64,000 nt of DNA. It comes from Planctomycetota bacterium. Lineage in GTDB: Bacteria > Planctomycetota > B15-G4. Where the stretch lies: the NCBI GenBank assembly GCA_038212275.1, contig JBBQUR010000013.1:32001-96000 (forward strand). The letters run 5' to 3'. Under the pieces are notes generated by a model, which saw only the letters and a program-made list of their open reading frames with translations, did not search any database and was not told the DNA's origin. Below are positions 1 to 9,696 of this stretch, in pieces. The position numbers and the translations under genes were made by a program. Position 1 is the stretch's first letter, and each line of letters starts with the position of its first letter.

Positions 1-1061
1 AACCAGTGCACGGCTTGGAACTTCAGGTTTCCGAATTTGTAGTGGATCGACGAAGGCGCGTCGTCGCGTTTGCGGTTCTCGACCCATGCCGTGATCGCCG
101 TCATTGAGTCCGCGCCTGGAGCCAGCGCAGAGCCGGCCTCATCGACCACTGTGATCTCCGAGCGCAAGTCTGTCCGCTCCTTGAGAGCCTTCAGGTCGAC
201 AGTGCGCGCTTCGGATTTTCCGTTGATGTAGAGGACGGGAATACCCGTCATGTTTTCGTAAATTGTTTCCGGGCCACCTACTTCACCCGAACGATTGATC
301 GCTCCTGCGAACCAAGATGGAAAACTTGACGCCATCCTGATGGCATCAAGTCCAGCTTCTCCCCATCCATCGACGAGGAGCCGTGACCGATCGAATCGCA
401 CTTGCTCCACAAGCACGCGCAATGCCGTGAGAAAGGTGTCTTGCCCAGCCTGGGTGAACCAACTGCCCTCGATTTCAGAACTTTCTCCAGTCTTGCCGTT
501 CTTGATGACCGGGCCCAACGGCACGAGAACGATCTGGGACTCCAGCAACGGGCCGTACGCGGCCGCGGCCGACTCCACAACTGCCTTGTCGAGCGCATCG
601 CCCTTCAGTCCCAGATTCGGCTTCAAGGCCACGATGGCGGGAAGCGGCGATTCCACCTTTGAGTAGCTTGATGGAATCGAGATTAGGCAAGCCACGCTGT
701 TCCCATTCAAGGAATCAACGAAATCGTGCCGGACAAACCCCCTTCCATATTGACCTTTAAGAGACTTGTCTTCCGGTTTCGCGGTCTCGAGCACGACATC
801 CCAATCCGCCAGATACTTGAGCGACTGCGTGATTTTCGCCTTCTTCATTGAGGTCGCAAGGTTTTTCTGAATCGACTCGAGTGCCTTCAGTTTCTTGGTG
901 CGAGCGTCCTTGTCCGTAGTCTCTGCATCAATGGCTGCAAAGTAGGCGAGCACATCGGGAGACAGCTTCTCCAGATCGCGGGTCGGAATCGGAGAGCGGA
1001 GCAGCGAATCATCCGGACCGACGAGTGCGGCCACGGTCAGCAAGAGCGTTGCAGCAAACAT
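1..1061 (-). CDS. Secreted alpha/beta-hydrolase-like (peptidase/esterase-like) protein, 3' end outside the window; nucleophile motif appears degenerate
   Basis: Not in the ORF track because it has no stop in the window. Read manually from ATG at 1061: MFAATLLLTVAALVG (signal-peptide-like) ... RFDRSRLLVDGWGEAGLDAIRMASSFPSWFAGAINRSG ... ENMTGIPVLYING; open to base 1. Confidence 0.7.
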   Translation of the reverse strand, partial: MFAATLLLTVAALVGPDDSLLRSPIPTRDLEKLSPDVLAYFAAIDAETTDKDARTKKLKALESIQKNLATSMKKAKITQSLKYLADWDVVLETAKPEDKSLKGQYGRGFVRHDFVDSLNGNSVACLISIPSSYSKVESPLPAIVALKPNLGLKGDALDKAVVESAAAAYGPLLESQIVLVPLGPVIKNGKTGESSEIEGSWFTQAGQDTFLTALRVLVEQVRFDRSRLLVDGWGEAGLDAIRMASSFPSWFAGAINRSGEVGGPETIYENMTGIPVLYINGKSEARTVDLKALKERTDLRSEITVVDEAGSALAPGADSMTAITAWVENRKRDDAPSSIHYKFGNLKFQAVHW

Positions 1062-1146
1062 CTCGATATCTCCGTGACCTGGGAGGGGAACTGATACGCG
1101 TGTGAATCCGGATGTTGGCTAGTCTAGCCGTGTCGATGCGGACGGT

Positions 1147-2565
1147 TCAACGCGAGTTCGACCGATGCGCGACGTGGCGGAGATACAACGCCCAGTCTCG
1201 CACGGCGTCGTCATTCAAGCCCTCGATGAGCGCCAACGCGCGGCTTGGGTCAGCCGGATAGGAGTTCAATAGCATGTCGGCCAGATTCTGGGCGGCGTCC
1301 TGCCCCCCCGGCAACAGCGCCGCGCTCTCGAGCATTGCTCTCGCCTCGCTGTCTCTGCGCCAGCCCTGCAGCTGCAGCGCCGCATTGTTGAGGATGTCGG
1401 CGCGACCGGGCATTCGATCGGCCAGTTCCAACCACGCGTCAAGCGACCGCCCTGACTGCGCCATTGCCAACGCTCGGTTCATGGCGGCTCGTTCATCCCG
1501 CGGCTCGATGCGAAGCGAATCGTCGTACACGGCGAGCGCCTCGTCCCATGCGTGATTCGTGGCATACCAGTCGCCCAGGCTAACCAGGTCCGAAAGTGCC
1601 TGGGCATCCCCTTCCTCGGCAGCAGTTCGCAGGTGCTCTGCCGCTTCGGAACGCCGTCCCAGTCCAACGAGCAGACTCGCGTGGGCTCGCTCGAGTTCCG
1701 GAGTGCGGTAGTCCGTCGCCGCATCGAGGGCAGCAGCACCCTCGGCCGGCCGGCCCAGCTGTTCGAGCGACCACGAGCGATACCACGCCAGGAGTCCGTC
1801 TCGACGGGTCGTGTCATCTACGACGAGAGAGTCCAGCAGAGTCAATCGCTGAGCCGAGTTCTCCGGGCCAGGCAGTATTTCGAGCAGTGCCGCGAGCAGC
1901 GCGGGTAGCGGCAACCCGCCACTCACGGCAGCATTCCAGGCGACTACGGCTTCATCTGTGCGGCCTGCTCGTCCCAGTTCGGTCGCGAGTTCCACTTCGA
2001 AGTCACCCCGCTCCGGATTCGAGGCGACTGCCCTCGCGAGCCAGCTGCGGGCTCCTTCGGCATCACCCTGATTGCGCGCGATCAACCCGCGGAGGAAAGC
2101 AGCATAACCACGCCCGCTTTCGCCGAACCACGCTTCAAGGTCTGCAGGCAGCGACTCGTCGTCTTCCCGCAGATAGCGCGCGTATGCAGCCCAGTTTCTC
2201 GCGTCGCTTGTCGCGTCGGCCGGATTCTCCGTGACGCGCGCCAGCTGCTCCTCCGCGCGCCGAAGCATGGTGCGCCCGAGGTCGCGAGCGAAGGCTCGAC
2301 CTCCAATCAGCGGGAGGCCTCGCTGGATCTCTGCGCGCGCATTCCAATAGAGCGACAACGCGTCGTTCTCGTCGCGCGAGAGTCGCTCGCTGGCCAGGTC
2401 GACCAGATCTTCCCACCGCCCCTCGCTCGCGAGAACCGAGAGCGGATCCTCCTTGCCACTTCCGGCCTGGACGACCGCTGCCGATTCTGCATCCTGGACC
2501 TGCATGGGCTGCGTCTCCGTCAGGATCGCGGCCAACAGCAGTGCGATCGCCACGGCGTGAGTCAC
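1147..2565 (-). CDS. Secreted TPR-repeat protein
   Basis: 472-aa ORF with hydrophobic N-terminus and helical Ala/Leu repeats (e.g. WDEALAVYDDSLRIEP); overlaps the purM stop by 4 nt. Confidence 0.7.
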   Translation of the reverse strand: MTHAVAIALLLAAILTETQPMQVQDAESAAVVQAGSGKEDPLSVLASEGRWEDLVDLASERLSRDENDALSLYWNARAEIQRGLPLIGGRAFARDLGRTMLRRAEEQLARVTENPADATSDARNWAAYARYLREDDESLPADLEAWFGESGRGYAAFLRGLIARNQGDAEGARSWLARAVASNPERGDFEVELATELGRAGRTDEAVVAWNAAVSGGLPLPALLAALLEILPGPENSAQRLTLLDSLVVDDTTRRDGLLAWYRSWSLEQLGRPAEGAAALDAATDYRTPELERAHASLLVGLGRRSEAAEHLRTAAEEGDAQALSDLVSLGDWYATNHAWDEALAVYDDSLRIEPRDERAAMNRALAMAQSGRSLDAWLELADRMPGRADILNNAALQLQGWRRDSEARAMLESAALLPGGQDAAQNLADMLLNSYPADPSRALALIEGLNDDAVRDWALYLRHVAHRSNSR

Positions 2566-3623
2566 GGAGCCCCGGATCCCTCGTATCGCACGAGTCGACT
2601 GCCTCCCTCGATTCGCCCGATGACCACGGGTCGCTCCCCTCGCGCCGACAGTTCCCTGGAAAACCGTTCGGATTCGGCGGCGGCCACGATGAGCACCATG
2701 CCGATCCCCATGTTGAACGTGCGGTCCATCTCGTCGCGCGCCACCGGTCCGCGGCGGGCCAGCTCGGCAAACAGCGCCGGCACATGCCAGCTGCCGCGAT
2801 CGATGACGGCATCAACGCCATCGGGAAGCACTCGCGGAATATTGTCCGTGAAACCGCCACCCGTGATGTGCGCCATGGCGTGCAGCGACGGATCGTTCAG
2901 GCTGGGGCGCAAGGGCTTGAGGTAGCACCGGTGAACGGCCAGCAATGCATCGGCAAGCGTGCCGGTGAGCCCCGGCAACCTGGTGTCCGGCGTAAGCCCC
3001 TCGCGTTCGAAGAAGACCTTCTGAGCCAGCGAGTACCCGTTGGTGTGCAACCCCGAGCTGTGCAGGCCCAGCAGGACGTCCCCTTCGCGCACTCGATCGG
3101 GCGAGAGGATCTTCGGACGATCCACGACACCGACGATGAAGCCCGCAAGATCGAAGTCTTCGCGCCTGTAGAGGCCCGGCATTTCCGCCGTCTCACCGCC
3201 GACGAGCGCGACGCCCTCATCGCGGCACGCATTTGCGAAGCCCGTGAGCAATCCCTCCAGCAACTCCGGCGTGAGATGCCCCGCCGCGATGTAGTCCAGG
3301 AAGAAGAGCGGCGTCGCTCCCATCACCAGGATGTCGTTGATGCAGTGGTTGACGAGATCCGCACCGACCGTGTCGAACCGACCGGCGAGCCGCGCCACCA
3401 TGAGTTTCGTGCCGACACCGTCGGTGCTCGAGACCAGAACCGGGTCGACCATGCCCGAGAAATCGGGCCGGAACAGCGACCCGAAACTGCCGATGCCGGT
3501 GAGGACCGAGGGTCCGTGCGTGCTCTTCGCAAGGCGGGCCACCGTCCGCATCGCACGCGTCTTCGTGTCGATGTCGACACCTGCATCCTTGTAGGTGATA
3601 GGGGTGCCGCCGGTCGCTACCAA
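2562..3623 (-). CDS. purM: Phosphoribosylformylglycinamidine cyclo-ligase (AIR synthetase)
   Basis: TYKDAGVDI, SSTDGVGTK, GGETAEMPG, SSGLHTNGYSL, AHITGGG and TFNMGIG motifs. Confidence 0.97.
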   Translation of the reverse strand: MVATGGTPITYKDAGVDIDTKTRAMRTVARLAKSTHGPSVLTGIGSFGSLFRPDFSGMVDPVLVSSTDGVGTKLMVARLAGRFDTVGADLVNHCINDILVMGATPLFFLDYIAAGHLTPELLEGLLTGFANACRDEGVALVGGETAEMPGLYRREDFDLAGFIVGVVDRPKILSPDRVREGDVLLGLHSSGLHTNGYSLAQKVFFEREGLTPDTRLPGLTGTLADALLAVHRCYLKPLRPSLNDPSLHAMAHITGGGFTDNIPRVLPDGVDAVIDRGSWHVPALFAELARRGPVARDEMDRTFNMGIGMVLIVAAAESERFSRELSARGERPVVIGRIEGGSRLVRYEGSGAP

Positions 3624-4123
3624 GTCCGCTGTCCTCCTTTGCGCAGTCGTTCAAGCACGACGCGATGATTGCTGAAACCCACGTGATCGGGAAGCTCCGA
3701 GAGCGGGTGAAACGCGGCCTCACTGGCATCGCTCCCAGGCTGCAATTCGCCATCCACCTCCACGGCAGAATAGACAATGAGGACAGCCGCCTTCCGGGGA
3801 TCGTCGGTGGACGTCAGCACGTCGAGAAGCCCCGTCAGCCTGACGATCAGCCCCGTCTCCTCCCGCACTTCCCGCACCGCGGTGGACTCGATGTCCTCAT
3901 CCACCTCCTGATAACCCGCTGGCAGCATCCACGTTCCGCGGAACGGATCGATGGCGCGCCGGCACAGCAGGACATGGTCATCACGCCGCACGGCCACCGC
4001 GGCCGCCGGCACCGGATTCTCGTACGCCACGCGGTTGCATGCAGGACAGACCTGGCGATTCCTGCCCTCGATCTCGCGCTGATGGAGTCGCGTGCCGCAC
4101 GAGATGCAGAATCTGGGAGACAT
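3617..4123 (-). CDS. NUDIX hydrolase with N-terminal zinc ribbon
   Basis: C-terminal part of ORF 3617..5317: MSPRFCISCG...CPAC..AYENP; Nudix box GYQEVDEDIESTAVREVREETG. Confidence 0.88.
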   Translation of the reverse strand: MSPRFCISCGTRLHQREIEGRNRQVCPACNRVAYENPVPAAAVAVRRDDHVLLCRRAIDPFRGTWMLPAGYQEVDEDIESTAVREVREETGLIVRLTGLLDVLTSTDDPRKAAVLIVYSAVEVDGELQPGSDASEAAFHPLSELPDHVGFSNHRVVLERLRKGGQRTW

Positions 4124-4168
4124 CGCGGAAATGATACCAGAGCACCCCGACGCTATACTCGGCGCCCC
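4124..4168. promoter_or_regulatory. Divergent -10 elements for NUDIX (TATCAT, minus strand, 4131-4136) and dxr (TATACT, plus strand, 4154-4159)
   Basis: TAnnnT hexamers 7 and 9 nt upstream of the two ATGs in a 45-bp intergenic region; no Shine-Dalgarno (SD) sequence visible. Confidence 0.5.
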
Positions 4169-5329
4169 ATGTCGCTTCGAGTGTTGGTTCTCGGTTCCAC
4201 AGGCTCCGTCGGCACGCAGAGTCTCGACGTGCTGACTCGCCTGCGGAACTCGCATCGCGTCGTGGGCCTGGCCGCGTCGACCTCGGCGGCAGCGCTTTCG
4301 GCGCAGGCGGCCACCTGGCAGCCGGAAGCCGTCTGCCTCAGCGACCCTTCGCGCGTCAGCGAACTCGACCTGCCCGCCGGGTGCCGCAGCTTCTCGGGGC
4401 CGCAAGGACTTGTCGATCTCGTGGACGCGACAGCGCCCGACATCGTGATCTGCGCAATCACCGGCGCGGCCGGCCTGCCCTCGACGCTCGCCGCCGCCGA
4501 TCGTGGCTGCCGACTGGCACTCGCCAACAAGGAGAGCATGGTGATGGCAGGGCCGCTCGTGAAGCGGGCCTGCGCCCGCAGCGGCGCCTCGATCGTTCCC
4601 GTCGACAGCGAACACTCGGCCATTGCGCAGTGCCTCGCCGGTCAGGATCGCGCCGGCGTCCGCCGCCTGATCCTGACGGCCTCGGGTGGTCCGTTCCGCG
4701 GCCGCACCCTCGAGCAGATGCAGAACGTGACCGTGGCGCAGGCCCTGCGCCACCCCTCGTGGGAGATGGGGCCGCGCATCACGATCGACAGCGCGACGCT
4801 CATGAACAAGGCGCTCGAGGTCGTCGAGGCCTGCCAGCTCTTCGACATGCCTCCCGATCAGGTGGACGTGATCGTTCACCCGCAGAGCGTCATTCACTCG
4901 ATGGTCGAGTATGTCGACGGTGCCGTCCTTGCGCAGCTCTCGCCACCGGACATGAGATTGCCTATCCGCTACGCGCTCGGCGGCACCTGCCGGGTCTCGA
5001 GCGGAGCACCTCCCGTGGACCTCCAGGCCCTGACCGGGCTCAGCTTCGAGGCGCCCGATCGCCGGAACTTCCCATGCCTCGTGCTCGGCGAGCGAGTCGC
5101 GCGCAGTGGTGGCCTCTCCGGGACCATCCTGAATGCGGCCAACGAAGTGGCCGTCGCCGCGTTTCTCGACGGACGCCTGCCCTTCACTTCGATTCACGAT
5201 GTCGTGGAGGACGCACTCGACGTCCTTTTTGACCCTTCCGTGAGAGATCCCGACCTCGCCACCATCCTCGAGACCGACGGCCGGGTGCGTCGGCACGCCG
5301 AGGAACGCGTCCCCCAACTGGCTTCCTGA
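4169..5329 (+). CDS. dxr: 1-deoxy-D-xylulose-5-phosphate reductoisomerase
   Basis: LGSTGSVG, LANKES, PVDSEHSA, HPSWEMGPRITIDSATLMNK, HPQSVIHSMV and NAANE motifs; start reassigned to ATG 4169. Confidence 0.97.
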   Translation: MSLRVLVLGSTGSVGTQSLDVLTRLRNSHRVVGLAASTSAAALSAQAATWQPEAVCLSDPSRVSELDLPAGCRSFSGPQGLVDLVDATAPDIVICAITGAAGLPSTLAAADRGCRLALANKESMVMAGPLVKRACARSGASIVPVDSEHSAIAQCLAGQDRAGVRRLILTASGGPFRGRTLEQMQNVTVAQALRHPSWEMGPRITIDSATLMNKALEVVEACQLFDMPPDQVDVIVHPQSVIHSMVEYVDGAVLAQLSPPDMRLPIRYALGGTCRVSSGAPPVDLQALTGLSFEAPDRRNFPCLVLGERVARSGGLSGTILNAANEVAVAAFLDGRLPFTSIHDVVEDALDVLFDPSVRDPDLATILETDGRVRRHAEERVPQLAS

Positions 5330-5365
5330 CCCGCGCGCCTCGCGCCCTGATTCGGCACGCCATCC

Positions 5366-7159
5366 ATGCTAGGCAACTTCGGCAACATCCTGCTCGCCGC
5401 ACTCGGCATCAGCTTCCTGATCTTCATTCACGAGGCCGGGCACTTTCTCGCGGCGCGCCTTTTCAAGGTGCGTGTCGAGACCTTCTCGCTCGGCTTCGGA
5501 CCGCGGCTCCTGGGCTTCCGGCGCGGGCAGACCGACTACCGGCTGTCGCTGGTGCCCCTTGGCGGCTACGTGAAAATGGCTGGCGAATACGGCGATCACG
5601 ACGCGGACGCTCCGCTCGCCGCCGATGACCTCATGGCCAAGCCCGCCTGGCAGCGCGCCATCATCTTCTCGGCCGGCGTGATCGTGAATTTCGCCTTCGC
5701 CTTCGTCGCGTTTCCCCTCGCTTTCGCGCTCGGCGTCCCGTTCACCGCACCGGTCGTCGGAAGCATCACGCCCGGTGGACCAGCGTGGGCCGCGGGCGTG
5801 CAGATCGGCGACGAGATCCTCACGATCAACGGCAACCGCATCTACGAGTTCCCCAACATAGCTCTCGAGGTGGCGCTCGGAGATCCTCATCGAAGCGAGC
5901 TCACGCTGCGTCGTGAGGGCATCGAACAACGCGTGCCCGTGCGCCCGTCGCGCAACGACTCGGAGGGCCGGTGGGAACTCGGCATCGGCCCTGCAGGCGA
6001 CAACAAGGTGATTGTCGCGGAAAACTCGCCCGCTTCGCGCGCGGGACTCGTCACGGGTGACCGTGTGGCGTCCATCAACGGCAAGGACGTCACCGCGCTC
6101 TCGGCGGCGCCGACCCTCAACATGGCCATGCTCGGCCAACCCGTGGATCTCGTCTGGGAGCACGAAGGCGAGCGACGCGAGTCGCGCATCGAGCCGCTGC
6201 ATCGCACCGACCCTGATCATGCCCGCCTCGGCGTGATGGCCGTGGGCACCCGCATTGCCGGCCTGCGCGGCCCTGCCCTGGAGCCACAATTCGGATGGCG
6301 AGCCGACGACGTGGTTCTTTCCGTCGGGGGCCGACGGGTCTTTCAGGCGGATGAGCTGCTGGAGGCGCTCGAGGCTGCCCCCGCCGGCAGCGTCGCCACC
6401 ATCGTGAGGCGAAATCGCCAGAGCCTCGAGGTGTCCCTGCCCGCGGAGCAGCGCAGCACCATCGGCAACGGTGACGTGGCGTTCGGAACCGACCTCGGGA
6501 GCAGCGTCGTCCAGGTCCTTCCCGAAGGTGCGCTCGCTGCAGCGGGCCTCCGTGACGGTGACCAGATCGTCTCGATCAACGGCGAGCCCATCGAAGACTA
6601 CGCGGACCTTCAGCGCGAGGTCCGCGGCAGTCCGAAGACGTGCGAGGTCCGTTACCGCGGCGCCGATGACGGAGCCGTGCATACGCTCACCGTGAGCACC
6701 CAGCCGGCCCCGATCCTGGACTACGGCCTTTCCCCCGCAGTGCTCGAAACGCTGCACGCCGAGGGCCTTTCGGGCGCGATGCGCGCGGGCTTCGACACGT
6801 CGCTCAACATCGTGCGGACCACCTGGCTGACGCTCACGAAGCTGTTCACCGGCGATGTGGCGACGAAGAATCTCGGCGGCATCGTCTCGATCTCCGTGGT
6901 CACCTACCGATTCGCGGAGCTGGGACTGCCCAAGCTGCTCTTCTTCCTCGGCCTCCTCTCGATCAATCTCGGTTTCATCAACGTGTTGCCGATTCCGGTG
7001 CTCGATGGCGGCCAGGTGATGTTCCTGATCCTCGAGAAGATCAAGGGCCGACGACTCTCCGAGCGCTTCATGAACGGCATGCAGCTCGCCGGTCTTGCGG
7101 CCATCGTCCTGCTGGTGCTCTACGTGACCTACAACGACATCTCGCGGCTCGTCGGGTGA
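5366..7159 (+). CDS. rseP: RIP metalloprotease RseP (M50) with several PDZ domains
   Basis: HEAGH zinc motif, PLGGYVKM, NVLPIPVLDGG; several GD.I..ING PDZ motifs; classic position downstream of dxr. Confidence 0.93.
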   Translation: MLGNFGNILLAALGISFLIFIHEAGHFLAARLFKVRVETFSLGFGPRLLGFRRGQTDYRLSLVPLGGYVKMAGEYGDHDADAPLAADDLMAKPAWQRAIIFSAGVIVNFAFAFVAFPLAFALGVPFTAPVVGSITPGGPAWAAGVQIGDEILTINGNRIYEFPNIALEVALGDPHRSELTLRREGIEQRVPVRPSRNDSEGRWELGIGPAGDNKVIVAENSPASRAGLVTGDRVASINGKDVTALSAAPTLNMAMLGQPVDLVWEHEGERRESRIEPLHRTDPDHARLGVMAVGTRIAGLRGPALEPQFGWRADDVVLSVGGRRVFQADELLEALEAAPAGSVATIVRRNRQSLEVSLPAEQRSTIGNGDVAFGTDLGSSVVQVLPEGALAAAGLRDGDQIVSINGEPIEDYADLQREVRGSPKTCEVRYRGADDGAVHTLTVSTQPAPILDYGLSPAVLETLHAEGLSGAMRAGFDTSLNIVRTTWLTLTKLFTGDVATKNLGGIVSISVVTYRFAELGLPKLLFFLGLLSINLGFINVLPIPVLDGGQVMFLILEKIKGRRLSERFMNGMQLAGLAAIVLLVLYVTYNDISRLVG

Positions 7160-8232
7160 GCGACGGTCCAGCGGGCATCGGCACGGCTGAATCGTCCGCA
7201 ATGCGCGGAGGCTGGCGGGCCTGGGCAGAACTCCTCCGCGCACCGCTGCTGTTGTCCCCCATCGCCGACGTGCTCGCCGGTTGGACGGTCGGCATGCTGT
7301 ATGCAGTGCGCCGCACAGCCGGATCGCCCCTCGCATCCGATGCGGACGTCTGGCGCACGGCCCGCGACAGCCTGCCGGCGCTGGCTCTCGCGGCACTGAC
7401 CGGAGTCTTTCTGCTGGCTGCAGGCATGGCGCAGAATGCAGTCGCCGACTCGGTCGATGACGCGCTGCGCAAGCCATCCCGCCCCCTGCCGCGCGGAGCG
7501 ATCGGCATCCGCGCCGCCCGTGCTGCGATGTGGGCACTGACGGCGGCGGCCGTCGCTTGCGCGGTGTTGACCGGCGTCCGCTCCCTCGTGCTGTGCGTGG
7601 CGGTCATCGCATTGACAGCGACCTACCACCTGGCTCTCAAGCGGTTCCGTCTGCCCGGCTGCCTCGCACTCGGGTCACTGCGCGGCTTCGACATGCTTCT
7701 CGGCACGGCAGCCGTGGCGACCGCCTCGGCATCGTGGCTCCCGGCGTTCGACACCCCGCCTCTCGGGCTCGTCAGCCCGGCGCAGCCGCTCGTCATCGCA
7801 GGCCTGTACGCTCTGTTCGTGACGGGGGCGGCACTGCACGCGTCGACGGACGACTCGCCGCCGAATGCCTCCACACGGCGCTGGAGTCGCGCCGGACTCG
7901 CCCTGCACGCGATCGTGCTGCTGGTGCTGCCATGGAAGTTTTCTCCCGTCGACGCCGGCGATGCGACCGCCGTCACGGACCACGCAGCACTCCAGGCGAG
8001 CAGCCTTCTGCTGCCTGTCGTCACGCTCTGGGCGCTTGGCCGTCTCCTTATCGGATTCCGGACACTGCCGCCCGGCCCGCTCACCGGCGTCGCGCTCTCG
8101 GGCCTCTACCTCTTCGGCGCGATCGTGTGCCTTCGCTACGACGCGGCGGGCATCGGCCTCGCTGCCGCCGCGTTGGTCCTGCTGCTCTTCGGCGCCTCGC
8201 GGCGGATGCGCCGCGCATTCCCGCCCAGCTGA
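7156..8232 (+). CDS. UbiA-family prenyltransferase, EboC-like
   Basis: Multi-TM protein with LLRAPLLLSPIADVLAG, NAVADSVDDALRKPSRPLPRG (UbiA motif I-like) and LGSLRGFDMLLG; GTGA overlap with rseP. Confidence 0.75.
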   Translation: MSDGPAGIGTAESSAMRGGWRAWAELLRAPLLLSPIADVLAGWTVGMLYAVRRTAGSPLASDADVWRTARDSLPALALAALTGVFLLAAGMAQNAVADSVDDALRKPSRPLPRGAIGIRAARAAMWALTAAAVACAVLTGVRSLVLCVAVIALTATYHLALKRFRLPGCLALGSLRGFDMLLGTAAVATASASWLPAFDTPPLGLVSPAQPLVIAGLYALFVTGAALHASTDDSPPNASTRRWSRAGLALHAIVLLVLPWKFSPVDAGDATAVTDHAALQASSLLLPVVTLWALGRLLIGFRTLPPGPLTGVALSGLYLFGAIVCLRYDAAGIGLAAAALVLLLFGASRRMRRAFPPS

Positions 8233-8299
8233 CGTTCGGCGGCAGCGGAGCTCAGTTCCGTTCCCGCAACGCGCCCGGGCCTTGCGCCACGACGGCCCG

Positions 8300-8326
8300 C
8301 TTCAGGTGCACTTCAGGTGCACTTCA
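8300..8326. repeat. 11-bp tandem duplication (CTTCAGGTGCA x2 plus partial CTTCA) at the cca stop codon
   Basis: Directly visible at 8300-8310, 8311-8321 and 8322-8326. Confidence 0.85.
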
Positions 8327-9623
8327 CGCGTTCGGAAAGCCAGGCCAGCGCGGACTCCCGGTCCGACAGCGTGCCCTCGAGCTGTTGATCCGCGGCTTCC
8401 GCGAGCAGGTCCCCGATGCGCTTGCCGGGAGGAACGCCCTGCGCCATGACATCCGCTCCGTTGATCAATGGCGGAGGAATGAGCGCCTGGCGCGCGAGCC
8501 TGCGTCGCATCGCACGAATGGCGGGCAGTGCCGTGTAGAGCCCATGACACGCGCCGCAGTCAGCCTTGTAGAGCACGAGCAACTCGGGGAAGTGCGATTC
8601 AGCGAGCAGGCGACGCAGACGCGCGGGCCGCATCTGCGGCACATCCTTGAAGATGAGGTGGTCGCGCACGAGTGCCACGACGCGTTCCGTGGAGGCCCGC
8701 GACATGCGCAGCCGCAGGCAGACGGCCTCGGACATCGTTGCCCCCAGTTCGACATGCCCGTCGAAGCGGATGCGGTCCGCAGCGCGCACGAAGGTCGGCG
8801 GCTTGCCGACATCGTGCAGCAGCATGCCGAGCGCGAGCTCGAAGGACGGCTTGCGCGGCAGCCCGTCCAGCGCGAGGAGCGTGTGGATCCACACGTCGCC
8901 CTCGGGATGGAATTCCGCGGGCTGCTCGCAGCCGCGCATCGGGGGAAGCTCCGGAAGGATCACCGGCAGGAGCGCGGCTTCGTCGAGGAGTTCGATTGCG
9001 CGCCGCCGCGTCGCGGGCACGAGCATCCTGGCCAACTCGTCGCGCACGCGCTCGCCCGAGATGAGCCGCAGCCGCTCCGCTTCGGAGCGCATGGCCTCCA
9101 GCGTCCCGGCCTCGATGCGGAAGCCGAAACGCGCGGCGAATCGCACTCCGCGCAGCAGCCGCAACCCATCCTCCCGAAAGCGCTTCGCCGGATCGCCGAT
9201 GGCTCGCACGATGCCGGCGCGCAGGTCCGCCGTTCCGCCGACGAGGTCTCGCACCTCGCCTGTCCACGGGTCTTCAACCAGCCCGTTGATCGTGAAGTCG
9301 CGCCGCTGGACGTCCTCCTCGAGCGTGGAGGCTTCGATCGCTTCGGGATGGCGACCGTCGGTGCCTCCCAGGTCGCGTCGGAACGTGGCGACGTCGAACT
9401 CGTGCCGCGCCGTGAGGACCTTGGCAACACCGAACGCCGCGCCGATCAGCAGCGTGCGCGGGAAGAGTGCCTGTACCTGCACCGGCGTTGCACTGGTGGC
9501 GATGTCCACGTCGCTTCCACGCACGCCAAGCAACCGATCGCGCACGGCGCCGCCCGCGAACACCGCTGCGTAGCCGGCATCCCGCAGCACGCGCGCCACC
9601 CCCCGAGCCTCACGCCGCGACAT
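8313..9623 (-). CDS. cca: CCA tRNA nucleotidyltransferase with HD domain
   Basis: GGAVRD..DVDIAT, RRDFTING, EDGLRLLR, HPEGDVWIHT, LLHDVGK; start placed at ATG 9623. Confidence 0.9.
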   Translation of the reverse strand: MSRREARGVARVLRDAGYAAVFAGGAVRDRLLGVRGSDVDIATSATPVQVQALFPRTLLIGAAFGVAKVLTARHEFDVATFRRDLGGTDGRHPEAIEASTLEEDVQRRDFTINGLVEDPWTGEVRDLVGGTADLRAGIVRAIGDPAKRFREDGLRLLRGVRFAARFGFRIEAGTLEAMRSEAERLRLISGERVRDELARMLVPATRRRAIELLDEAALLPVILPELPPMRGCEQPAEFHPEGDVWIHTLLALDGLPRKPSFELALGMLLHDVGKPPTFVRAADRIRFDGHVELGATMSEAVCLRLRMSRASTERVVALVRDHLIFKDVPQMRPARLRRLLAESHFPELLVLYKADCGACHGLYTALPAIRAMRRRLARQALIPPPLINGADVMAQGVPPGKRIGDLLAEAADQQLEGTLSDRESALAWLSERVKCT

Positions 9624-9696
9624 GGCATCCCCGGTCCGGCGCCGAACGAGGGAGCCGCATGCCGACACGCCGCCGTCTCTCGCTAGGATGGACCCC

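Noticed and set aside
3617..5317. 566-aa minus-strand ORF as a long NUDIX fusion
   Set aside because: The N-terminal ~400 aa is the antisense shadow of dxr; only 3617..4123 has real motifs.
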